DNA from: Gammaproteobacteria bacterium
Lineage (GTDB): Bacteria; Pseudomonadota; Gammaproteobacteria; Eutrophobiales; Eutrophobiaceae
Length of the DNA stretch: 64,000 nucleotides
Direction of reading: 5' to 3'
NCBI GenBank assembly: GCA_965226155.1
Contig: OZ245331.1
Coordinates: forward strand, 466,681 to 530,680
Part shown: positions 41,086-51,880 of the stretch, piece by piece
Layout: every line of letters starts with the position of its first letter
Position numbering within the stretch: position 1 is the stretch's first letter
Notes under the pieces: generated by a model
Databases searched by the model: none
The model's input: only the letters and a program-made list of their open reading frames with translations
What the model was told of the DNA's origin: nothing
Made by a program: the position numbers and the translations under genes

Positions 41086-42111
41086 ATGACAATGCCATTT
41101 AATCAAGAATTGGTTCGATCTTTCCCCAAGGTCGAGCTTCATATCCATGTAGAGGCCTGTATCAGCGCAGAACGAATAGAGTTACTGTCCAGGGATGCCG
41201 GCGTATCCATGTTACGACCACGGGAGCAGCTATTTGAGTTCGAATCGCTGGCGGAATTCCTGGAGGTATTCGAGTGGTGGTGTGACCTGTTACGAACACC
41301 GGAAATCGCCGAACATATCGCCTACGACACCGCCAAACTGTTACACGACGATGGTATTGTCTACGCGGAAGTCCTGACCGGCCCCAGGTACTGGACACGG
41401 CTGGACTACAGGGAACTAATACCCGCTCTGGGGAGGGGCTACGAACGCGCCTTCCATGACGGCTATACGGATTGCTGTATCACCCCGTCTATCAGCCGGG
41501 AACAATCGGTAGACTGGTCCAACGAATTACTGGACTGGATCGAAAAAGAGAATCCTGCTCGCGTAGTAGGACTCGGGCTTGATGGTAATGAAGAGATGCT
41601 GGGGCGCACCTGCCCGAAATTCGAACAGGTTTTTAAACGTGCACACTCGTTGGGACTTGGCCGGACCGCTCATAGCGGGGAATCATCCGGTCCCGAAGGT
41701 GTCTGGGATGCCATTAACTACCTGAAGCTAGACCGTATCGATCATGGCGTACGGGCGGGCGGTGACCCTGAACTGGTACAACGCCTGGCGGAAGATCAGA
41801 TAACTTTGAATATCTGTCCAACATCCAACGTCCTGGTAGGTCTGTACGATTCCATTTCAGACATGCCCATCAGTGATTTTATCGAAGCAGGTGTGCCGGT
41901 AACGATCAATTCCGATGATCCGGAAACAATGAATACGCGGCTCAGCCGCGAGTTCCAGCTTGTAGGTGAAGACCTGAACTGGTCGATCAATGATGTAGCT
42001 GATCTTACACGCAATGCGATCAATGCCGCATTTTGTGATGAGCACAAGGCTTCCGAATTGCACGGGCAGCTGGACGAGTTTATGGTCAACCTGGACGAAA
42101 CCGGATTATAA
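41086..42111 (+). CDS. Adenosine/adenine deaminase-family protein
   Basis: The PKVELHIHVEA metal motif and later HSGES and SDDP blocks, 341 aa. Confidence 0.75.
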   Translation: MTMPFNQELVRSFPKVELHIHVEACISAERIELLSRDAGVSMLRPREQLFEFESLAEFLEVFEWWCDLLRTPEIAEHIAYDTAKLLHDDGIVYAEVLTGPRYWTRLDYRELIPALGRGYERAFHDGYTDCCITPSISREQSVDWSNELLDWIEKENPARVVGLGLDGNEEMLGRTCPKFEQVFKRAHSLGLGRTAHSGESSGPEGVWDAINYLKLDRIDHGVRAGGDPELVQRLAEDQITLNICPTSNVLVGLYDSISDMPISDFIEAGVPVTINSDDPETMNTRLSREFQLVGEDLNWSINDVADLTRNAINAAFCDEHKASELHGQLDEFMVNLDETGL

Positions 42112-42212
42112 GCTGATATCCCAATGTGTCACAGGTTACGCCACGGTCTTTTAGGCAATTGATGATTCATAGTTGCGTTGATGAAACTCAGCATTCATTT
42201 CTATCCTCTAGA

Positions 42213-43622
42213 TCAAACGTCTGCATAGTCCGCATGATTGCGAACGATCATCCGTTTCCCCTCTCTCAGCTCCGTCTCGTAGAAATCCTTGAACTCATTT
42301 AGCCCTCGGGTGACGCGTTCCCATAGATCGTCTTCATCCAATTCAGTGAACTTCCCGTTATGTCTGAGCAATTTTCCATCGACCATTACATCGTGAGTTT
42401 CCCCACCAGGGCCCTGCATGACTAGCCCTGCAATAATAGATGATTCCATATGTGGGAAGAGATTGCTGTCACGGCTGATATCGTAGGTGATCATGTCCGC
42501 CCGTTTACCAACATCAAGTGTGCCGATTTTATCTTCAAGGTGTAGCGCACTTGCACCTCTCGTCGTAGCCAGTTCCAGTGGTGTCCAGGGATGTTCCAAA
42601 TGGTGTTCTCGATCAGTTGTATCCTGAAGTTGCCAAGCTGCCTGCATAGCACGAAAAATGTTATGTGAGGCGTGGTCGGTACCAACACCTACCCGCATCC
42701 CTTTATGTAACATGTAAGCGACGCGTGTGTTTTCTCTATAATCCGGGCAACGAAGTGGGTTAAAAGCAACCGATACATCAAGATCGGCAAGCATGTCAAT
42801 CTGTTCATTGTTAAATGCAATTCCATGCCAGAGTATTGTTCGTGGAGTCAATACTCCCAGTTTCTGCAAGTGTTTCATGTAGCCACCGTCACTGGCCCAG
42901 AGTTTGTCACACTGTTCCATTTCGGGAACCCCCTCCCCGATATGAATGCCGAACGGTAAATCAAGCTGTTCAGCCAACTCTATCCCTTTGACAAGAATAT
43001 CTGTTTCGATATTCCAGGGAGCATCAGGACCTATGCCCACTTGCACGCGACCGTCCGGATCATGATACTTGGCTACCGCCTTTTCAATATTGGCAAGCTG
43101 AGCCGCTCCATCCTTTGCATCCTTTCGCTGGAAAGTAGTGAGCACATTGACATGGTTAATAGCGCGTGCGCCAGAGTCTAATATTGCCCGCGTTGTTGTA
43201 TCAGCCCATAGAAAATTATTGCTGGACGTGGTTGTGCCGTTTTTAAGCATATGTGCTTGACCAAACAGGGTAAGATCATAGGCGACTTCTTCAGAGTACC
43301 ATGCGACCGCTGGCCAAAAATAAGTATCCAGAATCTCTTCAACTGAAGGAATTACAGTATAATCCGCGTAGTTATAACAGACCATAGATCCCCATTCGCC
43401 AATATGTGCATGCGCATCAACAAGACCGGGCATTAGCAGTTTACCCTTGCCATCGACGACCGTTACCTCATTTATTTCTTCAATCTGGTCCAAGACTTCT
43501 GTAGTTTTTCCTACAGCTTTAATCGTGTTTCCTTCAACATAAACACTGCCACCCTTTATGACGTCTTTCGGTCTTGGTCGAACAATTACAAATTCAAAAT
43601 CTTTGAATAAATATTTTTGCAT
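42213..43622 (-). CDS. Amidohydrolase-family protein (TRZ/ATZ deaminase/chlorohydrolase-like)
   Basis: PGLVDAHAHIGE HxH motif, 469 aa. Confidence 0.75.
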   Translation of the reverse strand: MQKYLFKDFEFVIVRPRPKDVIKGGSVYVEGNTIKAVGKTTEVLDQIEEINEVTVVDGKGKLLMPGLVDAHAHIGEWGSMVCYNYADYTVIPSVEEILDTYFWPAVAWYSEEVAYDLTLFGQAHMLKNGTTTSSNNFLWADTTTRAILDSGARAINHVNVLTTFQRKDAKDGAAQLANIEKAVAKYHDPDGRVQVGIGPDAPWNIETDILVKGIELAEQLDLPFGIHIGEGVPEMEQCDKLWASDGGYMKHLQKLGVLTPRTILWHGIAFNNEQIDMLADLDVSVAFNPLRCPDYRENTRVAYMLHKGMRVGVGTDHASHNIFRAMQAAWQLQDTTDREHHLEHPWTPLELATTRGASALHLEDKIGTLDVGKRADMITYDISRDSNLFPHMESSIIAGLVMQGPGGETHDVMVDGKLLRHNGKFTELDEDDLWERVTRGLNEFKDFYETELREGKRMIVRNHADYADV

Positions 43623-43784
43623 AGTCTGAAATATTTTAATTTAGATGGGTATCTTCTATATCAGCGAACAAGTTGTCTCATAGTAATAGTTTTTATGTTA
43701 TGGAGGGTATAATTGCGTGAAATTATGGTAAATTGTAATATCGATGGAATAAAGCACCAATTTGGTTGCGGTATTGACCTAAGT

Positions 43785-44948
43785 TCATTTAACATTTTCA
43801 GATTTTGGCATTCCCAGTTGACGTGCAACGTATATTAATAATATCCAGGCAGACATTGCAGTAATTGCCACACTCACTCCGAATCCCTCGTAGCCATAAT
43901 ACTCGATCATCGTCCCCGCAAAAGCTGGCCCCCCTGCAAAACCCAGGAGATACGCGCTACCTGCCGCTGCAGCCCATCGCCCATGTTCATCCAAGGCCGC
44001 TGCCAGGCCAAACAGGTAGGGCACCGAAAAATAGAAAAGTACTGATATCAACATCAGGGTAATGACATACACAACATGGTGAGTATTTATACAGAGGATA
44101 ATGTCCAATATTGAAATAGCGACGCAGAAAATAGTGATTGGTATTAAACGTCCTATACGTACGTTTAACCAAGCAGCCAGACCTGCACCAGCAACACCAA
44201 CTATCGATCCGGCCGTAAGAGCGTAACCGATCTGTATCGTGTTTAGACCAGAGCGTTCTCCCAATGGGGCAGTAAAAGTATAAATTGCAGCTGACGGTAC
44301 GAGATAAAGAAAAATACCTGCTAATGTCAAAATGCCCATTATTGGTCGAGTTTCATGTACATCCGTGTCTGCTATTATTTGCTTAGCTTTGTTTTCTTTC
44401 GGAAGCCAATAAAGAAAAACAACAAGCAACATCGAGATAATCACAATCATGCCGTAAATACCTTGATGTCCATACATTTCGATTAGGTTTCCCCCTAACG
44501 CGAACAAGAAAATGCTTGATATTGCCCAGGTCACCTGGACGTAACTATATAACTTGTCAGGATTGCTTGAATGTGACGCCACTGCAGCCAGTGATGCACC
44601 ATATACTAGGCCTTCTCCTATTCCGGCAATACATCTTGTAGTCACAAATGCACTTAGAGTAGGTAAAAAAAGAGAAACAAATTGGGCCGTGATGGCAAGC
44701 CCCGCTGCAGAGAGGCACAAAGAACGGTAGGAAAATCGCGATAAAAAGGGTGCAATAGCGATTGCCGTCACTGATAACACCATAAATTCAGCAAACACGA
44801 CATAGCCTGCCTGTTGATGTGTCAGGTCCAGCCCAATCTTTACACCTCCGACCACCAGGGGAGACATTTGTGTAACAAGGGCACCAATTATTTGTGCAGC
44901 AATCACCGCTATGACAAACATCTTAGGGTCTTTATTTTGACTTTGCAT
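43785..44948 (-). CDS. MFS transporter
   Basis: 387 aa with about 12 hydrophobic helices. Confidence 0.7.
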   Translation of the reverse strand: MQSQNKDPKMFVIAVIAAQIIGALVTQMSPLVVGGVKIGLDLTHQQAGYVVFAEFMVLSVTAIAIAPFLSRFSYRSLCLSAAGLAITAQFVSLFLPTLSAFVTTRCIAGIGEGLVYGASLAAVASHSSNPDKLYSYVQVTWAISSIFLFALGGNLIEMYGHQGIYGMIVIISMLLVVFLYWLPKENKAKQIIADTDVHETRPIMGILTLAGIFLYLVPSAAIYTFTAPLGERSGLNTIQIGYALTAGSIVGVAGAGLAAWLNVRIGRLIPITIFCVAISILDIILCINTHHVVYVITLMLISVLFYFSVPYLFGLAAALDEHGRWAAAAGSAYLLGFAGGPAFAGTMIEYYGYEGFGVSVAITAMSAWILLIYVARQLGMPKSENVK

Positions 44949-45083
44949 TTTTATTATTGAAATAATAGTAATGTTTTGTTATCCGGCAATGAAATATTCT
45001 CAGATACAAAAAACGGGGTTGTCCTGAATAGGACAACCCCGTTATGAGAAAGAAACAGATATTTTGTTAGTTATATTTCTGCA

Positions 45084-47321
45084 TTACCAGCTATAGACAA
45101 TCTCACCACCAAAAGTCCTTGGAGGATTAGGTACGGACGTCATGAAGCCGTTAGTTGCGAGGTCAAAAGATTCAACACGATATTTTGTATCAGATAGATT
45201 CCTAGCCCAAAGGGCCACTTCGATATTTTCGTCCTGTGTAAGCCAGGCAAGCCTGCCACCGATTAGCCAGAAAGGTTTATTAGCGGCTTCTTTTCTATTG
45301 TCAATCGTATGAAACGTTTTATCTGTCCAACTCCAGCTAAAGGACGCTGCCATTTTGCCATCCATAAGCGCCGGGGTTGCCCAGTCATAGCTGGCCAGGC
45401 CAGTAAACTTCCACTGCGGTGTATATACGTTGGTATTGCCTTCCAGGTCTGTATCCGGATTACCAAAGAAACCTTGCAGAACAAACGCTTTGAACTCCGT
45501 TTCCAGATAACTTAATCCAAACAGTAGATTAAGTCCGTCTAGCGGGTTAACGGTGAACTCGGCTTCACCTCCGTAGTAGGTGGCCTCGGGGACATTGGCG
45601 AGTCTGTTTACCTGGAAACCAAAGGCTCTTCCCGTATCAAATATCTGCACGTCTTCATAGTCATAGTAGAAACCGGAGACATTCAGTCGGGCACGGCCCT
45701 CCCAGAGGGTCGATTTAAAGCCCCCCTCCCATGCCAGTATTGTTTCTTTATTATAGGGGCTAAATTCTGCAGCATCACCAAAACCAGTACCCACACCGCC
45801 ACTCTTATAACCAGTACCTACACTGGCATAAACCAGCCAGTCTTCGTTTGGAGTATAATCAAGGCCGACCTTCCAGGACGTATTTACAAAAGTATTAGCA
45901 GCGCTTGACATATCAAGGGGAAATGTGAAAGGGAGGGGACCGCCAGGGGTCGCCGGGACGCCACCGATAGACTCGTGATCGAGCATGACATCATCCATCG
46001 TATAACGTAATCCGGCGCTTATCTTCCACAGGTCGTTTATCTGATAACCAGCATTCCCAAATAAGGCGAAGGCTTCTTGTTCCTGATGCAAGGTTTGAAT
46101 AGTAGTGAAGTTGCCAAATGTATTAAAAAGATAAGTATTATCTGAATCCAGCTCGTCTGCCGAGAAGTAAATACCTAGCAACCAATCCCAGGGCCCGTCT
46201 GTGGTGGAGGTTAGGCGCAGTTCCTGCGACCAGCCATCTACTTCATGATTATAAAAATTATGAGACAAATTAAAAGGAGAGGCATCATCATCGCCTCCGT
46301 AGTCTCGTGAATATTTTGTCCATGAGGAAATCGATGTCAACTCCATGTTCTCTAGTCCCCACTCAACGCGTAATGATGTCCCTAAGCCTTCATTATCGAC
46401 TGTATCTATAAGATCAAACTCGCCTTCTGTGGGATCACCCCGCTCCTCAAACCCATCTGGATCCTGGTAGCCGGTGAAGTCGATACAGTCATCCCTGACC
46501 GCGCCGTTACAGCGACCAAAGAGAATATTCGGATCTGCCGCACCTATATGTTGATAGCTAAAGCTATCCGACTTGTCCTGGGAACCACTTACCGTCCACA
46601 AGAACGACAGATTTTCCTGTGGCGTCCACTCCAGCTTAGCGCGCCAGGAATAAAAGTCCGTTGCATTCACGTCCTCACCAGTAAGCCGATTTAACATCCA
46701 GCCGTTGTCGTTACTGGATTGAAAGGCCACGCGTCCGGCCAAGGTGTCGGTTAAGCCGCCGGATACCGCGCCTTCTAGATGTAGCGCATCGTAATTGCCA
46801 TAGCTTACCTTGCCGTATCCTGAAAACTCCTTGGTCGGGTTGGCCGTGATGAAGTTGATCGCACCAGCTGTGGCATTACGACCGTACAATGTCCCCTGGG
46901 GTCCCCGCAGCACCTCAATTCGTTCCATATCGAAGGTCTGCATGGTTTGCATGAAAGTGTTAAAAAGATAGACTTCATCAACATATACGCCGACTGTGGT
47001 TTGTGTATTCGCATGAAAGTCGACCGAACCGGACCCACGTATCCAGATTTTGGCCTGCTGGTTGCCGAACACTGCCCGCATTTCAACACCAGGGATAAAC
47101 TGGCCCAAATCGTTTGAATTGGCTAAACCAATATCATCGAGAACATCTGATGAAAATGCCGTAATCGCTATGCTGACATCCTGGATACTTTCCTCTCTCT
47201 TCTTTGCCGTGACGATTATCTCTTCAAGTAAATCGGAATAAGAAGGCAAAGGTGTCAATAGACAGATTACAATAAAGAATATTGAAAAGTGCTTCATTTT
47301 AAAGCTACTAATAGGCTGCAT
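45084..47321 (-). CDS. TonB-dependent outer-membrane receptor
   Basis: Signal peptide, TonB box LEEIIVTAKKRE (near-identical to the box of the 5199 receptor), C-terminal …EIVYSW. Confidence 0.85.
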   Translation of the reverse strand: MQPISSFKMKHFSIFFIVICLLTPLPSYSDLLEEIIVTAKKREESIQDVSIAITAFSSDVLDDIGLANSNDLGQFIPGVEMRAVFGNQQAKIWIRGSGSVDFHANTQTTVGVYVDEVYLFNTFMQTMQTFDMERIEVLRGPQGTLYGRNATAGAINFITANPTKEFSGYGKVSYGNYDALHLEGAVSGGLTDTLAGRVAFQSSNDNGWMLNRLTGEDVNATDFYSWRAKLEWTPQENLSFLWTVSGSQDKSDSFSYQHIGAADPNILFGRCNGAVRDDCIDFTGYQDPDGFEERGDPTEGEFDLIDTVDNEGLGTSLRVEWGLENMELTSISSWTKYSRDYGGDDDASPFNLSHNFYNHEVDGWSQELRLTSTTDGPWDWLLGIYFSADELDSDNTYLFNTFGNFTTIQTLHQEQEAFALFGNAGYQINDLWKISAGLRYTMDDVMLDHESIGGVPATPGGPLPFTFPLDMSSAANTFVNTSWKVGLDYTPNEDWLVYASVGTGYKSGGVGTGFGDAAEFSPYNKETILAWEGGFKSTLWEGRARLNVSGFYYDYEDVQIFDTGRAFGFQVNRLANVPEATYYGGEAEFTVNPLDGLNLLFGLSYLETEFKAFVLQGFFGNPDTDLEGNTNVYTPQWKFTGLASYDWATPALMDGKMAASFSWSWTDKTFHTIDNRKEAANKPFWLIGGRLAWLTQDENIEVALWARNLSDTKYRVESFDLATNGFMTSVPNPPRTFGGEIVYSW

Positions 47322-47894
47322 GGTTATTCCCCCGAGCTAGTTATTGTTTCCCAACATGCATCTTAAACAAACAGTATATATAGAGTATAAATTAATACTT
47401 ACCAGTTCATTCGTCAAAGACGTAATATATATGGTAATTATAATGAAATACTAATATCAGAATTCATTCGAAAAAGCTAGCTGTACTAGGTCAAAGTCAG
47501 GCTAGTAGGTGGGCGGGCTTCTTGATTATCACAGGATAAAACCTGGAAGTTGCTATGTGGGGGAAGAACTTTTCTGATACAACCTTTCGCGTAGAAACCT
47601 TTGATACTTCTGGTGCTGGTCGGATCAAAACAGTTCCAAACAGGCCGGGATCATTTGGTGGGGAAAATTGCTTTTAGCTGGTAATATTCTAAGCTACACA
47701 ACCAAGGCCACGAGGACGATATTTTATATTGCGCGGTAACCTACAATTTACTATATGTTTGAAAAATTAAAGTGGATTAATTTGATACTTGAATGTATAT
47801 AGATGTTCAATTACACCACGTAATCTTTACTCGCTGTAATTAATAGTTACAGGATTATTAACTCAACAAGCATAGTGATCGAAAATAATTACAT

Positions 47895-49073
47895 ATGCTA
47901 TCAAATAATTTACGTCTTTCATTTATCTGTCTCATAATAAATTTTATTGATGCAGGGCTTCTCGCTCAAATGGGGTTGCTAACAGATCCAATTGCAACTG
48001 CGTTTAACGTGAGTATTACCTCAGCTGCGGCAAAGTTTTCTATGTTAACTGGGGGTATATTAGCTGGGAGTATAATTGCCTATTTTCTTATGGATCATTT
48101 GGGTGAAAGATTAGTACTTCTTGGTTCGACTATAATAATTATTTTTTCTGCCATAGCCCTGTACTTTGTAAATAGTATTGTTTTTCTCTCTATTCTTTTT
48201 GGTTTGATCGGCGTAGTACAAGGCATAAGTGTCGTTATTGCCGGCCTCATCATTAGCAAAGTTTGGACTGGGAAGAAAAGAGAAGCATTCTTTATTGGAC
48301 AAGATGCGTCGTTTAACCTTGGGGGGTTGTTTTTTCCCTTTATAACAACGTACATTCTTTCGCGTCATATGCCGTGGGAACTATGTTATATCTTCGTCCT
48401 TGCGTTCTCGTTGTTTATTATTTATCTATTAGTCACATCAAACTTTAGCTTCTCGGGTAGTATTCAAAATGATTCAGATAAAGTACAGAATGTCGAATGG
48501 AATAGTGGAATAATTCTTGCTGGAGTTGCCTTATTTCTTATTATATTGGGTAAATATATTATTATTCTATGGTTACCTCAGTATGCAGAAACTGAATTAT
48601 CACTTGATGTAGATAAATCAAGTTTAATTATATCAACGATATTTAGTACAGCACTTATTGGTACAATACTAGGCGTGTATATCATAACTAAAATTAAGCT
48701 TGTGTATTTTATGTGTATTGCTATTTTGATAGGTTTTTTAAGCAGTTTACTATTTATACATACAAGCAATTACACTCTCATGCTAGTTGTGGCAGCAATA
48801 TTTGGATTAGCAGTTTCTGTATTATTTAATGTTTTCATCGTATATGGGCTATCTTTTGCAATAAAACCCTCCCATAAACATATTTCATATATCTTATTTT
48901 GTGGTGGTGTCGGAGCTACAATTGCACCTTATATAAGCAGTGTAATTGTTGAAAGGTTTGATTTAGCTTCTGCGTTACAAACAAGCAGTGCATTATATGG
49001 TATTACACTTTTACTCCTGGTTGTTTACGAATTATTCGGCACCAAAGCTAAGAATGTATACGCCGATGTTTAA
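47895..49073 (+). CDS. Polytopic membrane transporter (MFS-like), very low GC
   Basis: 392 aa, about 12 hydrophobic segments, with codon usage and GC strongly AT-skewed relative to neighbours. Confidence 0.5.
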   Translation: MLSNNLRLSFICLIINFIDAGLLAQMGLLTDPIATAFNVSITSAAAKFSMLTGGILAGSIIAYFLMDHLGERLVLLGSTIIIIFSAIALYFVNSIVFLSILFGLIGVVQGISVVIAGLIISKVWTGKKREAFFIGQDASFNLGGLFFPFITTYILSRHMPWELCYIFVLAFSLFIIYLLVTSNFSFSGSIQNDSDKVQNVEWNSGIILAGVALFLIILGKYIIILWLPQYAETELSLDVDKSSLIISTIFSTALIGTILGVYIITKIKLVYFMCIAILIGFLSSLLFIHTSNYTLMLVVAAIFGLAVSVLFNVFIVYGLSFAIKPSHKHISYILFCGGVGATIAPYISSVIVERFDLASALQTSSALYGITLLLLVVYELFGTKAKNVYADV

Positions 49074-49614
49074 GTGATACGCGGTGAAGAAACTCCAAGG
49101 AGTTTGTATGAATTTTCTTACCGTTGTGGTTTCTCTGCTTATGATATCGCCAATATCATGCTGGCAATCAAACAATCGTGCCCAATAGCTACGTTAGATA
49201 AAACGATTATTAAATTGTCAGACAATGTGAAATACATATTGTTTGAAGTTTTACCGCAAAATCTGTTACTGCAAAATATCCAACGATGATCAACTAGCTA
49301 ATATTAACCACACATTGTACATACCCGCTCCAGAGTGACGCACACAAACCATCAGGTGGGATGTCATCGAACCACACGATCTTCTACCGTAATGGAAAGT
49401 GTATAGATTTCTATATTAACTTTTTCTGTTCCACACATGACGACAATGGTCAAAAATGTACTTGAAAGCTCCATTAGTCAAAGACATAATATCTGTCTTC
49501 ACCATAAGTCATCTATAATAACGCGGAAGTGGGTATTCATAATTAATTGTTTTTATTATAAATGTGTTTTAATGATTTAAGCCGACCATTTTTGCTGACA
49601 CCAAAGTCGTAATA

Positions 49615-50547
49615 TTGGAGGACAGAATGATGGAAGAATTGAACCTGCGGCATCTCAGGGCTTGGTTAACAGTAGTCCAGGAGGGGTCAGTCACCGCAGG
49701 CGCGCAGAAGATAGGCGTTTCCCAACCGGGAATTTCTCAACAAATAAAATCTCTCGAAGACTACTTCGGCGGCCAGCTGCTAGAAAGACTACAACATGGG
49801 GTTCAACCCAGTACTCTTGGCCGATCACTAATGGGGGATGCGCAAGCCACCCTTTCAGCAGCAACCCGTCTTGCCCGAAAGGCCCAAAGCATTACCGGCC
49901 TAGAGACAGGGATACTCGAAATCGCTACCCTGCCCACGCTAGTGGATGCCATTATGATTGAACCCATCCGACGTTGGCTTGCGGCATATCCGGGTGTAGC
50001 TATTCACTTAAGGGAGTTTCCCCAGCAATCAGCAATGACTAAGTCGGTTGCTCTCGGCGTAGGTGACTTAGCCATTGGTGTACGACCACCACGGTGGTCA
50101 GGTGAAGTTATCACGCTCGGTTGGGAACAGTTTGTTGTCGTGCTACCGCCAAATGACCCTCTTGCAGGACAAACAGAACCTATCGTACTGGCTGATCTCG
50201 CCGATCGTAACTGGATACTCTACGAACCCTCAAATGGTCTTGCTGACTATGTCAACTATGCCTGCGCAATGGCAAGCTTTCTGCCCAACAAGACAGTGGA
50301 AACCTCCCAGGTGGAGGTGGCTGTTCACCTGGCACTTGCCGGACTGGGTGCAGTACTTGTACCCCAAGCAAATGTCCCGTCGGATCTTGCACACAAGGCT
50401 TTACCTCTTGATCCCCCTATTGTTTGGGAAATTGCCGTTTATTCTCGATCAGAGTTGTCCCCTTCCGCTGCAGCCTTTGTTGAGTTCTTGGGTGATAGGG
50501 AGTGGTTGTCCTTACCAGCCAATGCCGTTGTGCTACCCGGAAGCTAA
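49615..50547 (+). CDS. LysR-family transcriptional regulator
   Basis: HTH block LRHLRAWLTVVQEGSVTAGAQKIGVSQPGISQQIKSLE. The probable true start is ATG 49627, preceded by GGAGG. Confidence 0.85.
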   Translation: MEDRMMEELNLRHLRAWLTVVQEGSVTAGAQKIGVSQPGISQQIKSLEDYFGGQLLERLQHGVQPSTLGRSLMGDAQATLSAATRLARKAQSITGLETGILEIATLPTLVDAIMIEPIRRWLAAYPGVAIHLREFPQQSAMTKSVALGVGDLAIGVRPPRWSGEVITLGWEQFVVVLPPNDPLAGQTEPIVLADLADRNWILYEPSNGLADYVNYACAMASFLPNKTVETSQVEVAVHLALAGLGAVLVPQANVPSDLAHKALPLDPPIVWEIAVYSRSELSPSAAAFVEFLGDREWLSLPANAVVLPGS

Positions 50548-50776
50548 ATAATTATCCTTCATCAAGCTTCTTATAAGAAACAGATTATGTCTAGTATATT
50601 TGTTTAGTCTTTGACTGATAGTCTAGTACGTTTTAGTCTTTTTTGTCCTGTGGGGCATTCCAGGAGGAAATTAATTTAATCGGGAGACATGTTTTGCATA
50701 TAATGACTGAGAGTGTCATCACTACACCCGCCCATTCGCTACAATTTCTATTTCTACGCAGAGGGTTAACTTATAG

Positions 50777-51880
50777 GTGATCATCATGACCATGCCGACT
50801 AATTGGGCACCGTCCAAAAATCAACTTCTCGATCTGTCTCGTGAGTACACAACAGAAGGCGAGCAAAGAATCTACGAAATGTACAGGCACTTCTGGCATC
50901 CCGTTGCTTACACCCATGACCTACAGCCGGATATAATGAACCACCAACTTCTGCCGGAACCATTAAAAGTGACCCTGTGTGGTCAGGATCTTGTGCTGGT
51001 GAAATTGAACGGCGAGATTCAAGCTTTCAATGATGTCTGTCCACATAAAGGAACAAGATTGTCTCTTGGTAAAGTTGTCGAAGGACCTGATGGGAAAGAA
51101 GCACTGCGCTGTGGTTATCATGGCTGGCAGTACGATATTAATGGTCAATGTACCCATATCCCGCAACGCCCGGACCTAGTCGGAAAGGTACGGGCCTGTG
51201 TCAAACCCTATCAGACTAGGGTAGCTTATGGCATGGTATGGGTTTGCCTGGAAGATGAATCCCATTTTTCATTCCCTGAGTTTCCCGAATGGAACGATCC
51301 GGAGTGGACCTTTCTGCCGGTGCCAGCCAGCAACTGGAACGTGGCAGCAACACGACGAATAGAAAACTATTGTGACCTGCTTCACTTCGCCTTTGTCCAT
51401 GACAAGTTCCTTGGCGAGATCACTGAGCCAGAAATACCTGAGCATAAAGTCTGGCGAGAGGATCCCGGTGTCTTGCGGATGACTTTTGATAAAATAACGA
51501 CCTACCGTGAAGGTCCCCCTGGTGCTCGACCCTTAGCAAAACGCAATTATCACATCTACATGCCAACGACGATACATCTTCACGTAGAGTCGGATGGGGC
51601 AAAGTATTTACTTTTTTTCCACCCGTCCCCGGTGGGTCCGAAGGAGGTCCGGAATTTCACTATTGCCGGTAGCACTTATTCCTCTCACGAGACCCTTTAT
51701 GAAGATCTGATCACGGTTGCGGAATTGACTTACGCACAAGACAAGGCATTGGTTGAATCGCAACGCCCGGAAATGTTGCAGGAAGATATTTCCTTTGAAA
51801 TGTATTTGAAGGATGCTGACACATTTACCCTGAACTATCGAACATGGCTAGTTGAACTTGCAAAGGAACTGTCTGAATGA
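50777..51880 (+). CDS. Rieske non-heme iron oxygenase alpha subunit, VanA/NdmA-type (about 365 aa)
   Basis: Rieske motif CPHKG…CGYHGW together with the mononuclear iron site (…HFAFVHD…). The probable start is ATG 50786 after AGGTGA. Confidence 0.8.
   Translation: MIIMTMPTNWAPSKNQLLDLSREYTTEGEQRIYEMYRHFWHPVAYTHDLQPDIMNHQLLPEPLKVTLCGQDLVLVKLNGEIQAFNDVCPHKGTRLSLGKVVEGPDGKEALRCGYHGWQYDINGQCTHIPQRPDLVGKVRACVKPYQTRVAYGMVWVCLEDESHFSFPEFPEWNDPEWTFLPVPASNWNVAATRRIENYCDLLHFAFVHDKFLGEITEPEIPEHKVWREDPGVLRMTFDKITTYREGPPGARPLAKRNYHIYMPTTIHLHVESDGAKYLLFFHPSPVGPKEVRNFTIAGSTYSSHETLYEDLITVAELTYAQDKALVESQRPEMLQEDISFEMYLKDADTFTLNYRTWLVELAKELSE

Noticed and set aside
49074-49289. 71-aa ORF immediately after the AT-rich transporter
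   Set aside because: It has no ribosome-binding site, a low-complexity AT-rich sequence and no motif. It was kept out of the feature list.
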